The notes beneath the pieces were generated by a model. It saw nothing but the letters and a program-made list of their open reading frames with translations, had not been told where the DNA came from and did not search any database. The translations under genes and the position numbers were made by a program. Source: Candidatus Cloacimonadota bacterium (GTDB lineage: Bacteria > Cloacimonadota > Cloacimonadia > Cloacimonadales > WRIO01). From it: 61,496 nt of DNA. Shown here in pieces: positions 46,665 to 57,213 of the stretch. Every line of letters starts with the position of its first letter. Position 1 is the stretch's first letter. Where the stretch lies: assembly GCA_009777575.1 (NCBI GenBank), contig WRLO01000010.1:1-61496 (forward strand), in the 5' to 3' direction.

Positions 46665-49600
46665 TTATTTATCATACTTATTTATTCTTTCATTCCATTT
46701 TTCTTCTGTCCAAAATATTGGAATATCAAGAGGGATATTATTTTTAAAAGGGTTTTTATTTTTATTGAGTGTGGTAAGACCTAAATTTTTGATAAAACCA
46801 TTGATACCAAGATTATATTTATCATCAAGACCATATTGATAGTAGTAATTTGCAAAACCTCTTCCATACTCTGATCTATCAAAACATATCCATGATGTTA
46901 ACGCTCTCTCTATCCTTGATTTAATCATCTCTTTATCCGCCGTAATCGAATGCTTTTTAGTTTTATTAAATTTCTTTAATAACCCTTTAATCTTACTATC
47001 TGTATCTCCAACATAGTATAATAAGTATTGTATTTCAGACCAGCGAGCAAGGCCTTCAAGAACCATACTTCTTTCACTCTCATTTCCATACATAACAATA
47101 AGAGTTTCATAGTTCCAATTTTTGTTTGGATTTGTATACTGCCATATATGAACTAATTCATGAGCGGTTGTTTTTAGCATACTGATCAATGGAGAACCAT
47201 TTTCTATCCATATTTCGCGTATATCCCCATATTGCCTTGCAAAACCCAGAAAACGAGCATCAAAACCTGGTGTTGGTCTAAATTCAGTTCCCCATGCTTT
47301 TGCTATTTCATTTGCATTTTTCACAAAAAGCTCAATCTTAACATCAAAGTTTACACCGAGATGTTTTTTAAGTCTATCTCTTATTTCTTGGTATAAAGTA
47401 ACAAAATCATTTTTTTCTTTTATAACTGATTTAGAGCATTCAGAACATCTATCGCGACCATCTGGTAACTCTTCATATTCTTCCTCAGGGTTTATTATAC
47501 AGCCGTCAAAATCACATATTCTAGTGCCTGTTTTATCGGTTTTTTTCTTGGTTCGTTTTCGCCACTTATCTCTTGTCCAAAAGCGTTTTTTCTTACGATC
47601 ATCATATTGGTCGTCAAAGGGTGTTCCACCGCCTCCTATTACTTCAGTTAATTCGTCATCATCAAACTGATTGAAAAAATCACTTATCCCTACATTGTGG
47701 ACATCTTCAAGTCCATATTGCTTGTAACATTCAGCAAAAGACATTCCTGCTTCTTGGGTGTTGTTTAGTAGGACTAAAATCATTCTCTTTGCATAAGCTA
47801 CTTCATTTAAGTGTAAAAGATACTGGATCTTTGTCCACTCACCCATGTTTATTTCATCATCGTTTTTTTCTTCAGAGTTAGAATTCATCTTTCTTTTTTC
47901 TTTTTGCCAGATATTCGTCAACTCATAAACAATATTTATCAAAGTAGTTAATTTGGGTGCACCATTTTCTACCCAGATACGATATTCCCCTTCTTTGATT
48001 TCTTCAAGATATGTAGTTGGTCTTTCGTCATATTTTTTTGTAGGTTTGAATATCAGATTGTGCATTTTAGCGATTTTCTTTGCATTAGTCATAAAGACAT
48101 CGATTTTTATTCTCTCTGAGTTTTCACTCAATTTATCAAGATTTACATTAAAAAAGAAAATCATATCCCGAAAAGCTTTGAGATATATTCTCTTTAGTTG
48201 CTCAGAATTGGTAACAGCTGAATTGTGGCATATAGTACAACTGATTCTTCCATCATCTAAAACCCTTTTGGCAACTTCAGATAATTTTATCGCACAGAAA
48301 TCACAATACACTGAATCTATATCGTCAAAATAATTAATGTTTATATCTAAAGAAGAGTCTTTTTTCGATTTTCTAGCATTATGTAATGCTGTTTTCAGGT
48401 AATCATTTTTTTTCAAAAAGCCAAGAGTCGATTCTGCATCAAAAACTTTCAATGTTTCATCATCAGAAGCTAATCCAAAATTTAAATAATTTACATATTC
48501 TCTTTTAGAATTTATCTCTTTTTCAGAAATAGATTCTTTGGTTGCATGATCTTCTTCATCAGATTCTCTTATGCGACTAGTCTTTGTAAATTCGTCTTCT
48601 TCATTCTCTTTGCTTAGCATTTCTTCTTCAATATCTACTTCATCATCAGATTCTTCAGATTCAAAATCTATCGTATCTTTATTTTCTGAATTATTCATCA
48701 TGTTTCCTATAGTAATATTGCCGGTCTGTTCAGCAGGTTTTACTTTGTCTTTATCGACAGACATTTCTATATTCCAGGATAGGTAGTCAGCAATTATTTC
48801 AAGGAGTCCTTTTAGATTATTTGAAATAGCATCAAGCAAACCTAAATCAATTTCTGAGTCCTCTATAATATATATAGCATTCTCATCGAAACCATCTAGA
48901 TTCATGGAATGTAAAAGCATAGAAATATTAGTTTCATGTTTATTACTACCAATCATAATTGATATATAGTGGTAATTTTCTGGGAATACAGAAACAATCA
49001 ATTCATTGAGTAATACAGCTAAGGTAAACAATGACCTCGAGTCTTTGTTTTCTTTTAGTTTTAGACACATTACATTCTTTTTCAAATAGGTTCGATATCT
49101 AACATTATCTGGTAATACTGGCATATTAGGAAAAATATCTAAGTTATTCCTCGATTTTTGTTCAAAAAATCCTTTTGTTTCTACTTTCACTTCATCACAG
49201 ACTCCTCTGGTAATATCTATACCTTTGGATCTTGCCATATAAGATTGATCTATTTCAAAATTTGAGAGACAATATTCTCGTATTTGTCGATAATAATAAA
49301 TATCATTACTAAAGCTACTTGTAGCATCTGTAATTATATTTTTCTCTGTTACAGTATGTATTCTGTAATACTGTCCATCGTAAGAGAAATACTGCTTAGG
49401 TAAATATTTTTGAGAAACTTGATTTCTTAGCAAAGTTATTGGATGTTCTTTTTTATTCGGTAGAATAATCTCCGTGAAAAGGAATTTGTTAGCATATTTC
49501 CCGAGTTCAGTATCACCGTTTAGTTTTATGTATGTAGTATTTACAACTTTTGTTTCAGCATCTGGAAGATCAATGACATCGTATTTAGACTCAATCGCAA

Positions 49601-52010
49601 ATTCTATATCTTCATTTAATAGGAAATATTTTTTAATCAAAGAAACAAGTTTTAGATAAACATCTTTATTAGAGATACACGCAGGTACAATCTGTCTCTC
49701 TTCTTCTGAGAACCCTGTAATCTCAATGCTTTCTTCGGTAAATTTTTCTTGTAAATCACACTCTTTTATTCCTTCATCAAGCATCCTTAATAATAATTCA
49801 ACTATGATGTTTCTTTCTGTTCTACGATAATTTGAAGTTATAAAAGGAATTGTATCAGGAAGTTTGGCAAAAATATGAGGATTATCCGCAATATAATCTC
49901 TTAAGAGATAGTTATCACTAACAGTATTAATAAAGCAAATGTTTTGAGCTCTAGTACCGAACAACCTTGATGTTTCAAAGATATTATTTATTTCATCTTC
50001 AACTGTGATAAAGGCAGCATCTGAGATACCTAAATCCCAGAGATTCTTTTTGACATCTATTTTTTTATCGAGTTCTGTATCATTTACTCCAAGATAACCA
50101 CTAAGTATTTTCTTATTCTTATTCTTTATGTCAATAGCAGGGAAATTTGTGCTACTTAACCAAATAGAAATAGGAACATCATTTTTTAAAGCTATTAGCG
50201 ACAATAAAACATCCATACTTAATTCCTTGGGGACATGCTTTAGATCATCAATTGAATGTTGAATTGGTTTATCTCTAGCCGCATCCCAGTTCATGATATA
50301 GCATATTGCTTGGGAGGAGGTATCATAGTTAACTTCATTTATATAGTCTTTTTTTTCTTTCAATATCATTCTCAAAACATCATTGAGATCCTTACTTTCT
50401 CTATCACAAGCACAATATATCACATTTTCTCTATCTAAATGATCAACGATAATGGTAAGACCTATTTGTCCTGTTGATATCATATGCGAAGGCTCGATAA
50501 GCAAAACAATACTGACTTGTTTAAGAAATTCTTTTTTATTAGCTAGTATTTGTCTGTTGTATATATCAGTAAAGCTAAGAATACCAATGTCATACTCAGG
50601 ATCTCTTTTGGTAATTTTACTACTTTTCCAAAGAGTTTTTGTGCCAGAAAATTTTTCAATTGCATTATCTATCCATACTTTCACATCGTCGGCTGTATTG
50701 TCACGTCCAGCTATTATTAAAACCTTATTATATGCCATTAATTCAAGCATAATAGGTATGACTATATAGTTATCTAGATCTTTGTAAAAAGGAGAATTTA
50801 TAAGAACTGATTCTCTTTTCTTAATCATATCAATTGTTATTTGAACAAGCTCAGTATTTATTTGTTCACCTTTTTCTTTAAGTTTGGTAAAAAATTTGCC
50901 TATAGCTTGTTCTGTTTTACACTCACTATTTTCGAGTTTTTCTAAATGCTCAAAAATAGAGGTGCTAAAAGAGCTTGATATAACTGTCTCCGCAAGAACT
51001 CGATTGGGGTCGTTAATCCCTTTTTTCAATATAGGATAAATTTTCCGAAAATTATAGATAATCTGAGATTTAGAATCTTCACTTAAATCTATATAAGTAT
51101 CTTCTTCTTCAACTCCTATGGGATCATGGTGAGGTTCTCCTTTATTTCCTGATAGAAAATTCAACAACTCTCCTATAATCAGTAAACCAAACACAGGGAA
51201 TATGCTTACATTGAGTATATAAGACAATGGTCGTATCTTAGTATAAACCATAATAGCAATAGATATACCGATAGCCCACCAAAAGACTTTTTTTAGCAAA
51301 TCACTCGCATGCTCATATTTTTTTGCTAATACAAATGAATCTTCTGTTCCGTCATATTCATAGAAACCGAAAAGGTTTATAGGATGGTAAGCACTATTAA
51401 TCCACATAGAATCAAGCTTTGGTAAATTTTTCATGAAAATCCGCTTGAACCCTATAAAGAAAAGTATGATAAAAATATTAATAGTATAATATCCCCACTT
51501 CTCTAAATCCATTACCTGTAAAAATTTCAAGTGACCAAGTAACCATGTATAAAAAGTAGATATTGTCTCTTGAGTCATCATTGGTATGTATTCTGAATAA
51601 AGTCTTGAAATCAAACTATACCACCCTGATAGCTTTATAATCAACCAATTGTATAATTTAATGTATGCAAAGACTATTAACAAAAAGTAAAGTAATGCTG
51701 TAAATGGCATTATCGATTGTTGATACCGTTGAGACTTTGAAAGATTGAGTTTTTCACTCGTTATATCTAACAAACACCATAGAAAAATTCCACAGGCAAC
51801 AAGGTTCATTGCATATTGAGGAATATATCGATTTATGATATAAAAACCTATTAAAATCAAAATAAAATATAAAAATTTTATTTTTCTCAAAATGTATGCA
51901 AAGAGCTTAATAATCTTAACTATGAGCCATAAAAAAACTAATGATATGGCTAAAAATAAGAGATTGTTTGCAGTTACAAACTGTAATATATCATTCATTA
52001 TTACCCCCAA
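46665..52010 (-). CDS. Giant (1781 aa) multi-domain protein: ~9-TM N-terminus, ~800-aa cytoplasmic region, acidic linker, then two tandem Zn-ribbon + zincin-like modules (the second with an intact HELVHIWQY).
   Basis: Hydrophobic helices in aa 1-300. DE-rich stretch (ESEESDDEVDIEEEML...). Duplicated CDFC...CTIC / CDFDGC...CSEC ribbons each followed by a W(V/I)ENG(A/S)P module and YELTNIWQ (degenerate) / AHELVHIWQY (HExxH). Confidence 0.6.
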   Translation of the reverse strand: MGVIMNDILQFVTANNLLFLAISLVFLWLIVKIIKLFAYILRKIKFLYFILILIGFYIINRYIPQYAMNLVACGIFLWCLLDITSEKLNLSKSQRYQQSIMPFTALLYFLLIVFAYIKLYNWLIIKLSGWYSLISRLYSEYIPMMTQETISTFYTWLLGHLKFLQVMDLEKWGYYTINIFIILFFIGFKRIFMKNLPKLDSMWINSAYHPINLFGFYEYDGTEDSFVLAKKYEHASDLLKKVFWWAIGISIAIMVYTKIRPLSYILNVSIFPVFGLLIIGELLNFLSGNKGEPHHDPIGVEEEDTYIDLSEDSKSQIIYNFRKIYPILKKGINDPNRVLAETVISSSFSTSIFEHLEKLENSECKTEQAIGKFFTKLKEKGEQINTELVQITIDMIKKRESVLINSPFYKDLDNYIVIPIMLELMAYNKVLIIAGRDNTADDVKVWIDNAIEKFSGTKTLWKSSKITKRDPEYDIGILSFTDIYNRQILANKKEFLKQVSIVLLIEPSHMISTGQIGLTIIVDHLDRENVIYCACDRESKDLNDVLRMILKEKKDYINEVNYDTSSQAICYIMNWDAARDKPIQHSIDDLKHVPKELSMDVLLSLIALKNDVPISIWLSSTNFPAIDIKNKNKKILSGYLGVNDTELDKKIDVKKNLWDLGISDAAFITVEDEINNIFETSRLFGTRAQNICFINTVSDNYLLRDYIADNPHIFAKLPDTIPFITSNYRRTERNIIVELLLRMLDEGIKECDLQEKFTEESIEITGFSEEERQIVPACISNKDVYLKLVSLIKKYFLLNEDIEFAIESKYDVIDLPDAETKVVNTTYIKLNGDTELGKYANKFLFTEIILPNKKEHPITLLRNQVSQKYLPKQYFSYDGQYYRIHTVTEKNIITDATSSFSNDIYYYRQIREYCLSNFEIDQSYMARSKGIDITRGVCDEVKVETKGFFEQKSRNNLDIFPNMPVLPDNVRYRTYLKKNVMCLKLKENKDSRSLFTLAVLLNELIVSVFPENYHYISIMIGSNKHETNISMLLHSMNLDGFDENAIYIIEDSEIDLGLLDAISNNLKGLLEIIADYLSWNIEMSVDKDKVKPAEQTGNITIGNMMNNSENKDTIDFESEESDDEVDIEEEMLSKENEEDEFTKTSRIRESDEEDHATKESISEKEINSKREYVNYLNFGLASDDETLKVFDAESTLGFLKKNDYLKTALHNARKSKKDSSLDININYFDDIDSVYCDFCAIKLSEVAKRVLDDGRISCTICHNSAVTNSEQLKRIYLKAFRDMIFFFNVNLDKLSENSERIKIDVFMTNAKKIAKMHNLIFKPTKKYDERPTTYLEEIKEGEYRIWVENGAPKLTTLINIVYELTNIWQKEKRKMNSNSEEKNDDEINMGEWTKIQYLLHLNEVAYAKRMILVLLNNTQEAGMSFAECYKQYGLEDVHNVGISDFFNQFDDDELTEVIGGGGTPFDDQYDDRKKKRFWTRDKWRKRTKKKTDKTGTRICDFDGCIINPEEEYEELPDGRDRCSECSKSVIKEKNDFVTLYQEIRDRLKKHLGVNFDVKIELFVKNANEIAKAWGTEFRPTPGFDARFLGFARQYGDIREIWIENGSPLISMLKTTAHELVHIWQYTNPNKNWNYETLIVMYGNESERSMVLEGLARWSEIQYLLYYVGDTDSKIKGLLKKFNKTKKHSITADKEMIKSRIERALTSWICFDRSEYGRGFANYYYQYGLDDKYNLGINGFIKNLGLTTLNKNKNPFKNNIPLDIPIFWTEEKWNERINKYDK

Positions 52011-52012
52011 AT

Positions 52013-53668
52013 TTAATACTTTAGATGAATGCTTTCTATAAAACTATAAGGTGCGTTACACTCTTGACCCGTTTGATCAAGAGGAATTTTTTCACCAATA
52101 TCATCTTTTGAAAATGTATAAAAATCATCTTTTAATGATTTTTTAATAAAATCATCTATTTTCTCGAGATTATCAAGTGGATTAATTTCTTCTCTGAGTC
52201 TTATATTTAAAGCCGCATGAAGTTTTCTTGTTCTATCAATCTCTTCTTTAAGAAAATGTTGATTTATTATAAAGGATTTTTTTTTGTCTCTATTTTTTTC
52301 ATGTCTTTGTTCAAGATTCTTTATAATAGCCTTATGATACATATAATTTCTTACTTTAGAAAAATATTTGTTAAAAGAAAGTGTCCCTTCCTCATACTTT
52401 ACTCGTTTAGGTTTTTTAAAAACTATTGTTTTTATCGATGATTCCAATGAGTTTAAAATATTTTTCTTATGAAAATTACTTATATATATCAAGAATCCAA
52501 CTGAAAAAACTCCTATACTAGTAGCGAAAATAAGCTGAAAAAGGCTGCCACGCATGAATAAAAAAGTAAAAAGATAGGTAAAAAAACAAAGACTAAAAGC
52601 AATTGTAGATCCTTTGATCAATAAACCTAAACTATAATCAACTTCATTACGATCATATTCACTCTCTTTACCCTCTAATACAATCTCTTGCTCTGCTTCA
52701 AGCAATGTCTGATCTGCTTCTAAACCTATTCGAGAATAGATAAGTTCATTAGCCAATGTCTGGATTGTTTCATTTACCTTTTTGGTTTGAGTTGTTGACC
52801 ATTCAGAATGCTCATGCTCATTTAAAAAAGTGTTTGTTTCATCTCTAGTTAGCTTGGCTGTTTTTTCTATTTTTTCTTCTAAATCCATATCCAACTCTTC
52901 TGTCATTTCAGAATATTCTATCAAATTTCTCTCTTTTCCTTTTTGAGTTTGCTGGCTTTCTTCATTTGCTAAAAATATTTTTATTTGATTATCAATAGTG
53001 ATTAACTTACTTATATACTTCTGATAAACACTTTGTAGTTTTTCTTTATTCCTATTTGTTGTTATATAAGCATCGTATACTCTAGTACGATGTAAATTGG
53101 CTGGTTGTATATCGCTTAAGGCAATTGTAAGTGTTGACAAAAAATACAACCATATATCAGCTTTCTCCAAATAGGTGTCTGCGCTAAATGATTTATAAGA
53201 ATCTGAGTTTAGAGTATAGTATAAAAATTTGCATCCATATGAATATAAATTTCCTACTGGATCTTGAACTTTAGCTTTTTTATCGGACTTATTTATCATT
53301 AAATATAGTAATACTTCTGAAGCGTGGTGAGTTTCATAAAGCTTCTCTGACAAATACATTAATGATGTTTTTTTTTCAGTATCTTGGCTTTCACTAAAAC
53401 GAAACGGGTTATTAGGAAATGCGGTGTTTTTTTCATTGCAAAGAATTATTGCTCGCCATTCTTCATGACCCCTTATTTCCTCATATAAACCTGGCACAGA
53501 ATTTTCAATGCCATCTCCTGTCTCATCCCAGTTGAAAATTGAGATAGCATTTTTATTTTTATAAAATGAAAATAGATGAATATAATCATCTATTAATATA
53601 GACATTTTTTTGTCTGTTATAATTATAGTATGCATTATATCTCCCTTTATTTCCCAAAACGCTGACAT
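52013..53668 (-). CDS. Hypothetical protein with two central TM helices (551 aa).
   Basis: TM segments TIAFSLCFFTYLFTFLFM and LIFATSIGVFSVGFLIYI. 3-bp gap to the downstream giant gene. Confidence 0.5.
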   Translation of the reverse strand: MSAFWEIKGDIMHTIIITDKKMSILIDDYIHLFSFYKNKNAISIFNWDETGDGIENSVPGLYEEIRGHEEWRAIILCNEKNTAFPNNPFRFSESQDTEKKTSLMYLSEKLYETHHASEVLLYLMINKSDKKAKVQDPVGNLYSYGCKFLYYTLNSDSYKSFSADTYLEKADIWLYFLSTLTIALSDIQPANLHRTRVYDAYITTNRNKEKLQSVYQKYISKLITIDNQIKIFLANEESQQTQKGKERNLIEYSEMTEELDMDLEEKIEKTAKLTRDETNTFLNEHEHSEWSTTQTKKVNETIQTLANELIYSRIGLEADQTLLEAEQEIVLEGKESEYDRNEVDYSLGLLIKGSTIAFSLCFFTYLFTFLFMRGSLFQLIFATSIGVFSVGFLIYISNFHKKNILNSLESSIKTIVFKKPKRVKYEEGTLSFNKYFSKVRNYMYHKAIIKNLEQRHEKNRDKKKSFIINQHFLKEEIDRTRKLHAALNIRLREEINPLDNLEKIDDFIKKSLKDDFYTFSKDDIGEKIPLDQTGQECNAPYSFIESIHLKY

Positions 53669-53720
53669 ACACTACTATATATGCCAACGCTTTGGGTTCA
53701 TTAAGCCACTAGGGCATATT

Positions 53721-56700
53721 TCATTCTTCATCCTCGGTCATCACTGTCGCTTCTGTTCTTTTATTTCTTTGCCTTATTTTCTCTTCTATTTCAGATGCTA
53801 TTTCCCATGTGGTTTTATCTCTCATGTATTCTATCACTTTGTCACAGATGTTAGACACATATTCACTCATCTTAAACTCTCTTTCCTTATCTCTTGAGTA
53901 TTGTCCAGCTCCAGTAAATAAAGTATCAAGTTGTTCATTAACTATTTCTTTGAGTTTTGAAAAACGTTTTATCTCTTCCATGTAGTAAGAACCAAGACCT
54001 GAGTTGATAATATCAAGTATATGTTCTATCAAAGATGGAATAGTATCTCTATCAAATTTAGCTTCAGGAGTACTAAATCGGTAAAGAGTAGCTATTTCGA
54101 AAATACTCGTTTTACGTTTTGGAAAAACCTCAAGTAACTTAAAGTTTTCTAAACCTAACGAAAGTTTTCCCTTGCTGTATACTATGCCTTCTTCAAAATC
54201 TTTTTCTAAACTATTCTTAGTTTGAGAGATTAATCTGTCAAGTAGCTGTTGGTTAGTGTTTAAAGTCTCAATGACTTCATACAATTTTTTGCCTGATCTT
54301 TCAGGTTGTAATTTTTCTATATAGATTTCATAACAGTTTAAATCCTTATTAAAACGGATATGGTTAAATATCAAACCTTTAATAAGTGCTTCATAAGCCT
54401 GAATTGGTCCTCCACCTGTTCCAGCAAGATCAGTCATTACAGAGATACTATGCCAATTGCTTCTCATATGAGGTGTTACAAATAATTTGTCATTTGATGT
54501 CTGGATATAATCTTGATAAAGATTATAGTATAGACCTGAATTTATATCTGCCTTACCACCAGAAGGAGCTGCAAACTTGACCAATTTTGAAGGAGATAAA
54601 TTGTAAATATATCTAAAGAAAAGGATTTTTTCTTTTCCTGTCAAAGAATCTGCTGTAGCATTTTTATCATAATTCTCAAGATGCTCATCAATAAATGCTT
54701 GCTTCCACCCAGTGTATAGTGTGGGATCGAAAGAACAGGTATATTCTAATCTACCCCTAGCTGATGCTTCACGAGTAGATATATAAGGACTAGCTAGGCT
54801 TTTTGCTTTATTTACTAGCTCCATCATATATACATTATCATCTGTGATCCCTTTTAATTCTGCTTCTTTTTTCATTGCTTCAAAAACATCCATATCAAGT
54901 GTATTTGAGTGTTTCCTAACAATATTTACAAAGAAGCCAACAATATCATTTTCAAGGACACTATCAAAAAATTCTCTTGCATTTATCCTGTCTTCATCAG
55001 GCACATGACTACCAGATTTACCTGAAAAAAGTTTAACTTGATTGTATATTTTTTTAAACAAAGCACTCGTTTCCTCATCAATGGTAGCTGGTATAGGTGT
55101 CTTTTTTGCTAATTCTTGCAGACACTGTTTTGAGGCACAAATATTAAGAACAGCTACTCCTGTCTCATCTGTGTATTTTTTCTCTAACGCCACTATATTG
55201 CTTTCTATATTGGCTACTTGAGTTTTAAATGTAAGATAGAAAGTCTCGTAAGATTTACTTAATTCATTGAGACGGTTTAAACCTCTTTCTAGTACTTCAA
55301 CAGTCACAGCGTTTATTAGATATTCATCTATTTCTTCCTTTGCTTTTTGCATTTCATCTACAAATCCTGGCATATAGAGTTTACCAAGAGGACGTCCTAA
55401 AATATATTTCACTTTTGAATCATGTTCTGCCACATGTATAGCATTTTCTATATCATCTGTTGCTTTTCCTAGAAAGTCGTCCATCATATGATCAACCATC
55501 TTGAAGAGATGTTCTGGTATTTCTTTTATCCTGTTTTCAAATCTGATTTTTTCTGATTTGAAAACTTCCAATGCATGATATAAAAAATATCTCTTTGAAT
55601 TTGGATGCATTATGATCCCTTCATTGTCTTTTAAGAAGTTTTCCAACATGATGCTATCAAACCAAAGGTCATCATCCATATCTTCTACATCTGGGAAAAG
55701 TTCATTTGCTAACTTAATTCCCGTCTTCTCTATATTTTTAATCACAAAGTTTTTGTATGAAATGAGTGCCTTGTGAGTATCGACAAACAAATTTGGGTCA
55801 AGTTTTAGTGTTACGCTATCTCTTTGTTCTATAAGGGTAGGTAAATTGTTTTCTACGACATTTTTATCTTCAGTTTTTTCAAAACTACCAGCATTAGTAG
55901 CTATATAGTTTTTTACACTTTCAAAATATTTTTCATATCTTGAACCAGGTAGTAAAGTTCCTTCAGAATCGTATAATTGAGATGCTCTTTGGATTTCTTC
56001 AGCGAAAGTATTTCTTTTTACTATTTCATCTACACTCTCAATATATAGTTCACCTTGGTCTGGTGGTGTTTTCTTTTTATCTTTTGATTTTGCAAGCTCA
56101 TCTACTGCTTGATAATACTTTTTATCAAACATAGTCCATTCATTTTCTAAGATTTCTTGTGCCCATTTTAAAGAGACATATCTATACACATCATTCTTAG
56201 GATAATTTATTTCAGATGAGCCGAGCCCAACATAACAATTTACTCCTTGATTGTTACTCGCGTGAGCTGTTGCACTGTTGTCGGCTCCAGATGCCGCTTT
56301 TCGCCCCATAGGCGATAGAATCTTGTTATAAAGACATGTAGCTATGTGATTCTTGTATTGTTCTGCATTGCTTAAAAAAGTGCCATCAATATTTTCTTTG
56401 TCAAACAGATAACACCATTTAAACGGGGTATACTTCATCTCTTTTAACACCCCTTTATCATCTGGTAAGTATAATTGTAACCTATCGCTTTGTTGCTGTG
56501 ATAAATGTCCTTTGCCTTTCAAAGTAAAAGCATTAATTTCTCTAAGTGTAGCGTAAGCATTAATTTTTGTTCTGTCCTTATCTTCTTTTTTCTTTAAGAG
56601 ACCTTCTATTATCTCAGGTAAAACAAAAACACCATAAATGTTACTACTTTTTGCACTAAGACCCATGTTCAACCTAAAATAATCCTGTAGATACATTGCT

Positions 56701-57200
56701 AGTGGCAAAACTAATCCAGCACCAGTTCCACCAGCTATAGAACATATCAAATAAACTTCTACTGTTTGGGTTGTAGTATCAGCATCTTTTTTAAGCAAAT
56801 CATCGATTGCCTTATGTATAAGTCCAAGCTCTGTACTATTTACCAATGTATCTAAGAAAGCTAAGTATGATATAGCACGAACTTGTCCCGCTCCTTCAAG
56901 TATAAGTTTTTCATATAAATGTTTAACATTGGGAAATAAAATTTTTTCATCTTCATTTTTTTCCAACAAACCGTCTAAACATTCAGCAACAGTTTTTCCT
57001 GATGCCATCAAAATTGAACCTATGCTCTGACCTTTTCCAGTTTTTGAGTTAATACTCAAAATTTGATGCAACAATTTATCTGTATCAAAAGCAATAAACC
57101 TCGTAGTTTTTTTATACGAGTCGTCTGTAGCCATTTGAGCAAGTTTTATAAGGATTTCTGATCCTATCCCGCCCAATCCTATTATCAATGTACGAGTCAT
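53721..57200 (-). CDS. Tubulin/FtsZ-superfamily GTPase domain (N-terminal ~330 aa) with an ~800-aa helical C-terminal extension. FtsZ-like-1 (FtsZl1)-type protein.
   Basis: T1 loop IIGLGGIGSEIL, T3 LEGAGQVRAIS, T4/tubulin signature SIAGGTGAGL. No FtsZ C-terminal domain. Confidence 0.6.
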   Translation of the reverse strand: MTRTLIIGLGGIGSEILIKLAQMATDDSYKKTTRFIAFDTDKLLHQILSINSKTGKGQSIGSILMASGKTVAECLDGLLEKNEDEKILFPNVKHLYEKLILEGAGQVRAISYLAFLDTLVNSTELGLIHKAIDDLLKKDADTTTQTVEVYLICSIAGGTGAGLVLPLAMYLQDYFRLNMGLSAKSSNIYGVFVLPEIIEGLLKKKEDKDRTKINAYATLREINAFTLKGKGHLSQQQSDRLQLYLPDDKGVLKEMKYTPFKWCYLFDKENIDGTFLSNAEQYKNHIATCLYNKILSPMGRKAASGADNSATAHASNNQGVNCYVGLGSSEINYPKNDVYRYVSLKWAQEILENEWTMFDKKYYQAVDELAKSKDKKKTPPDQGELYIESVDEIVKRNTFAEEIQRASQLYDSEGTLLPGSRYEKYFESVKNYIATNAGSFEKTEDKNVVENNLPTLIEQRDSVTLKLDPNLFVDTHKALISYKNFVIKNIEKTGIKLANELFPDVEDMDDDLWFDSIMLENFLKDNEGIIMHPNSKRYFLYHALEVFKSEKIRFENRIKEIPEHLFKMVDHMMDDFLGKATDDIENAIHVAEHDSKVKYILGRPLGKLYMPGFVDEMQKAKEEIDEYLINAVTVEVLERGLNRLNELSKSYETFYLTFKTQVANIESNIVALEKKYTDETGVAVLNICASKQCLQELAKKTPIPATIDEETSALFKKIYNQVKLFSGKSGSHVPDEDRINAREFFDSVLENDIVGFFVNIVRKHSNTLDMDVFEAMKKEAELKGITDDNVYMMELVNKAKSLASPYISTREASARGRLEYTCSFDPTLYTGWKQAFIDEHLENYDKNATADSLTGKEKILFFRYIYNLSPSKLVKFAAPSGGKADINSGLYYNLYQDYIQTSNDKLFVTPHMRSNWHSISVMTDLAGTGGGPIQAYEALIKGLIFNHIRFNKDLNCYEIYIEKLQPERSGKKLYEVIETLNTNQQLLDRLISQTKNSLEKDFEEGIVYSKGKLSLGLENFKLLEVFPKRKTSIFEIATLYRFSTPEAKFDRDTIPSLIEHILDIINSGLGSYYMEEIKRFSKLKEIVNEQLDTLFTGAGQYSRDKEREFKMSEYVSNICDKVIEYMRDKTTWEIASEIEEKIRQRNKRTEATVMTEDEE

Positions 57201-57213
57201 GATAAACCCTCCT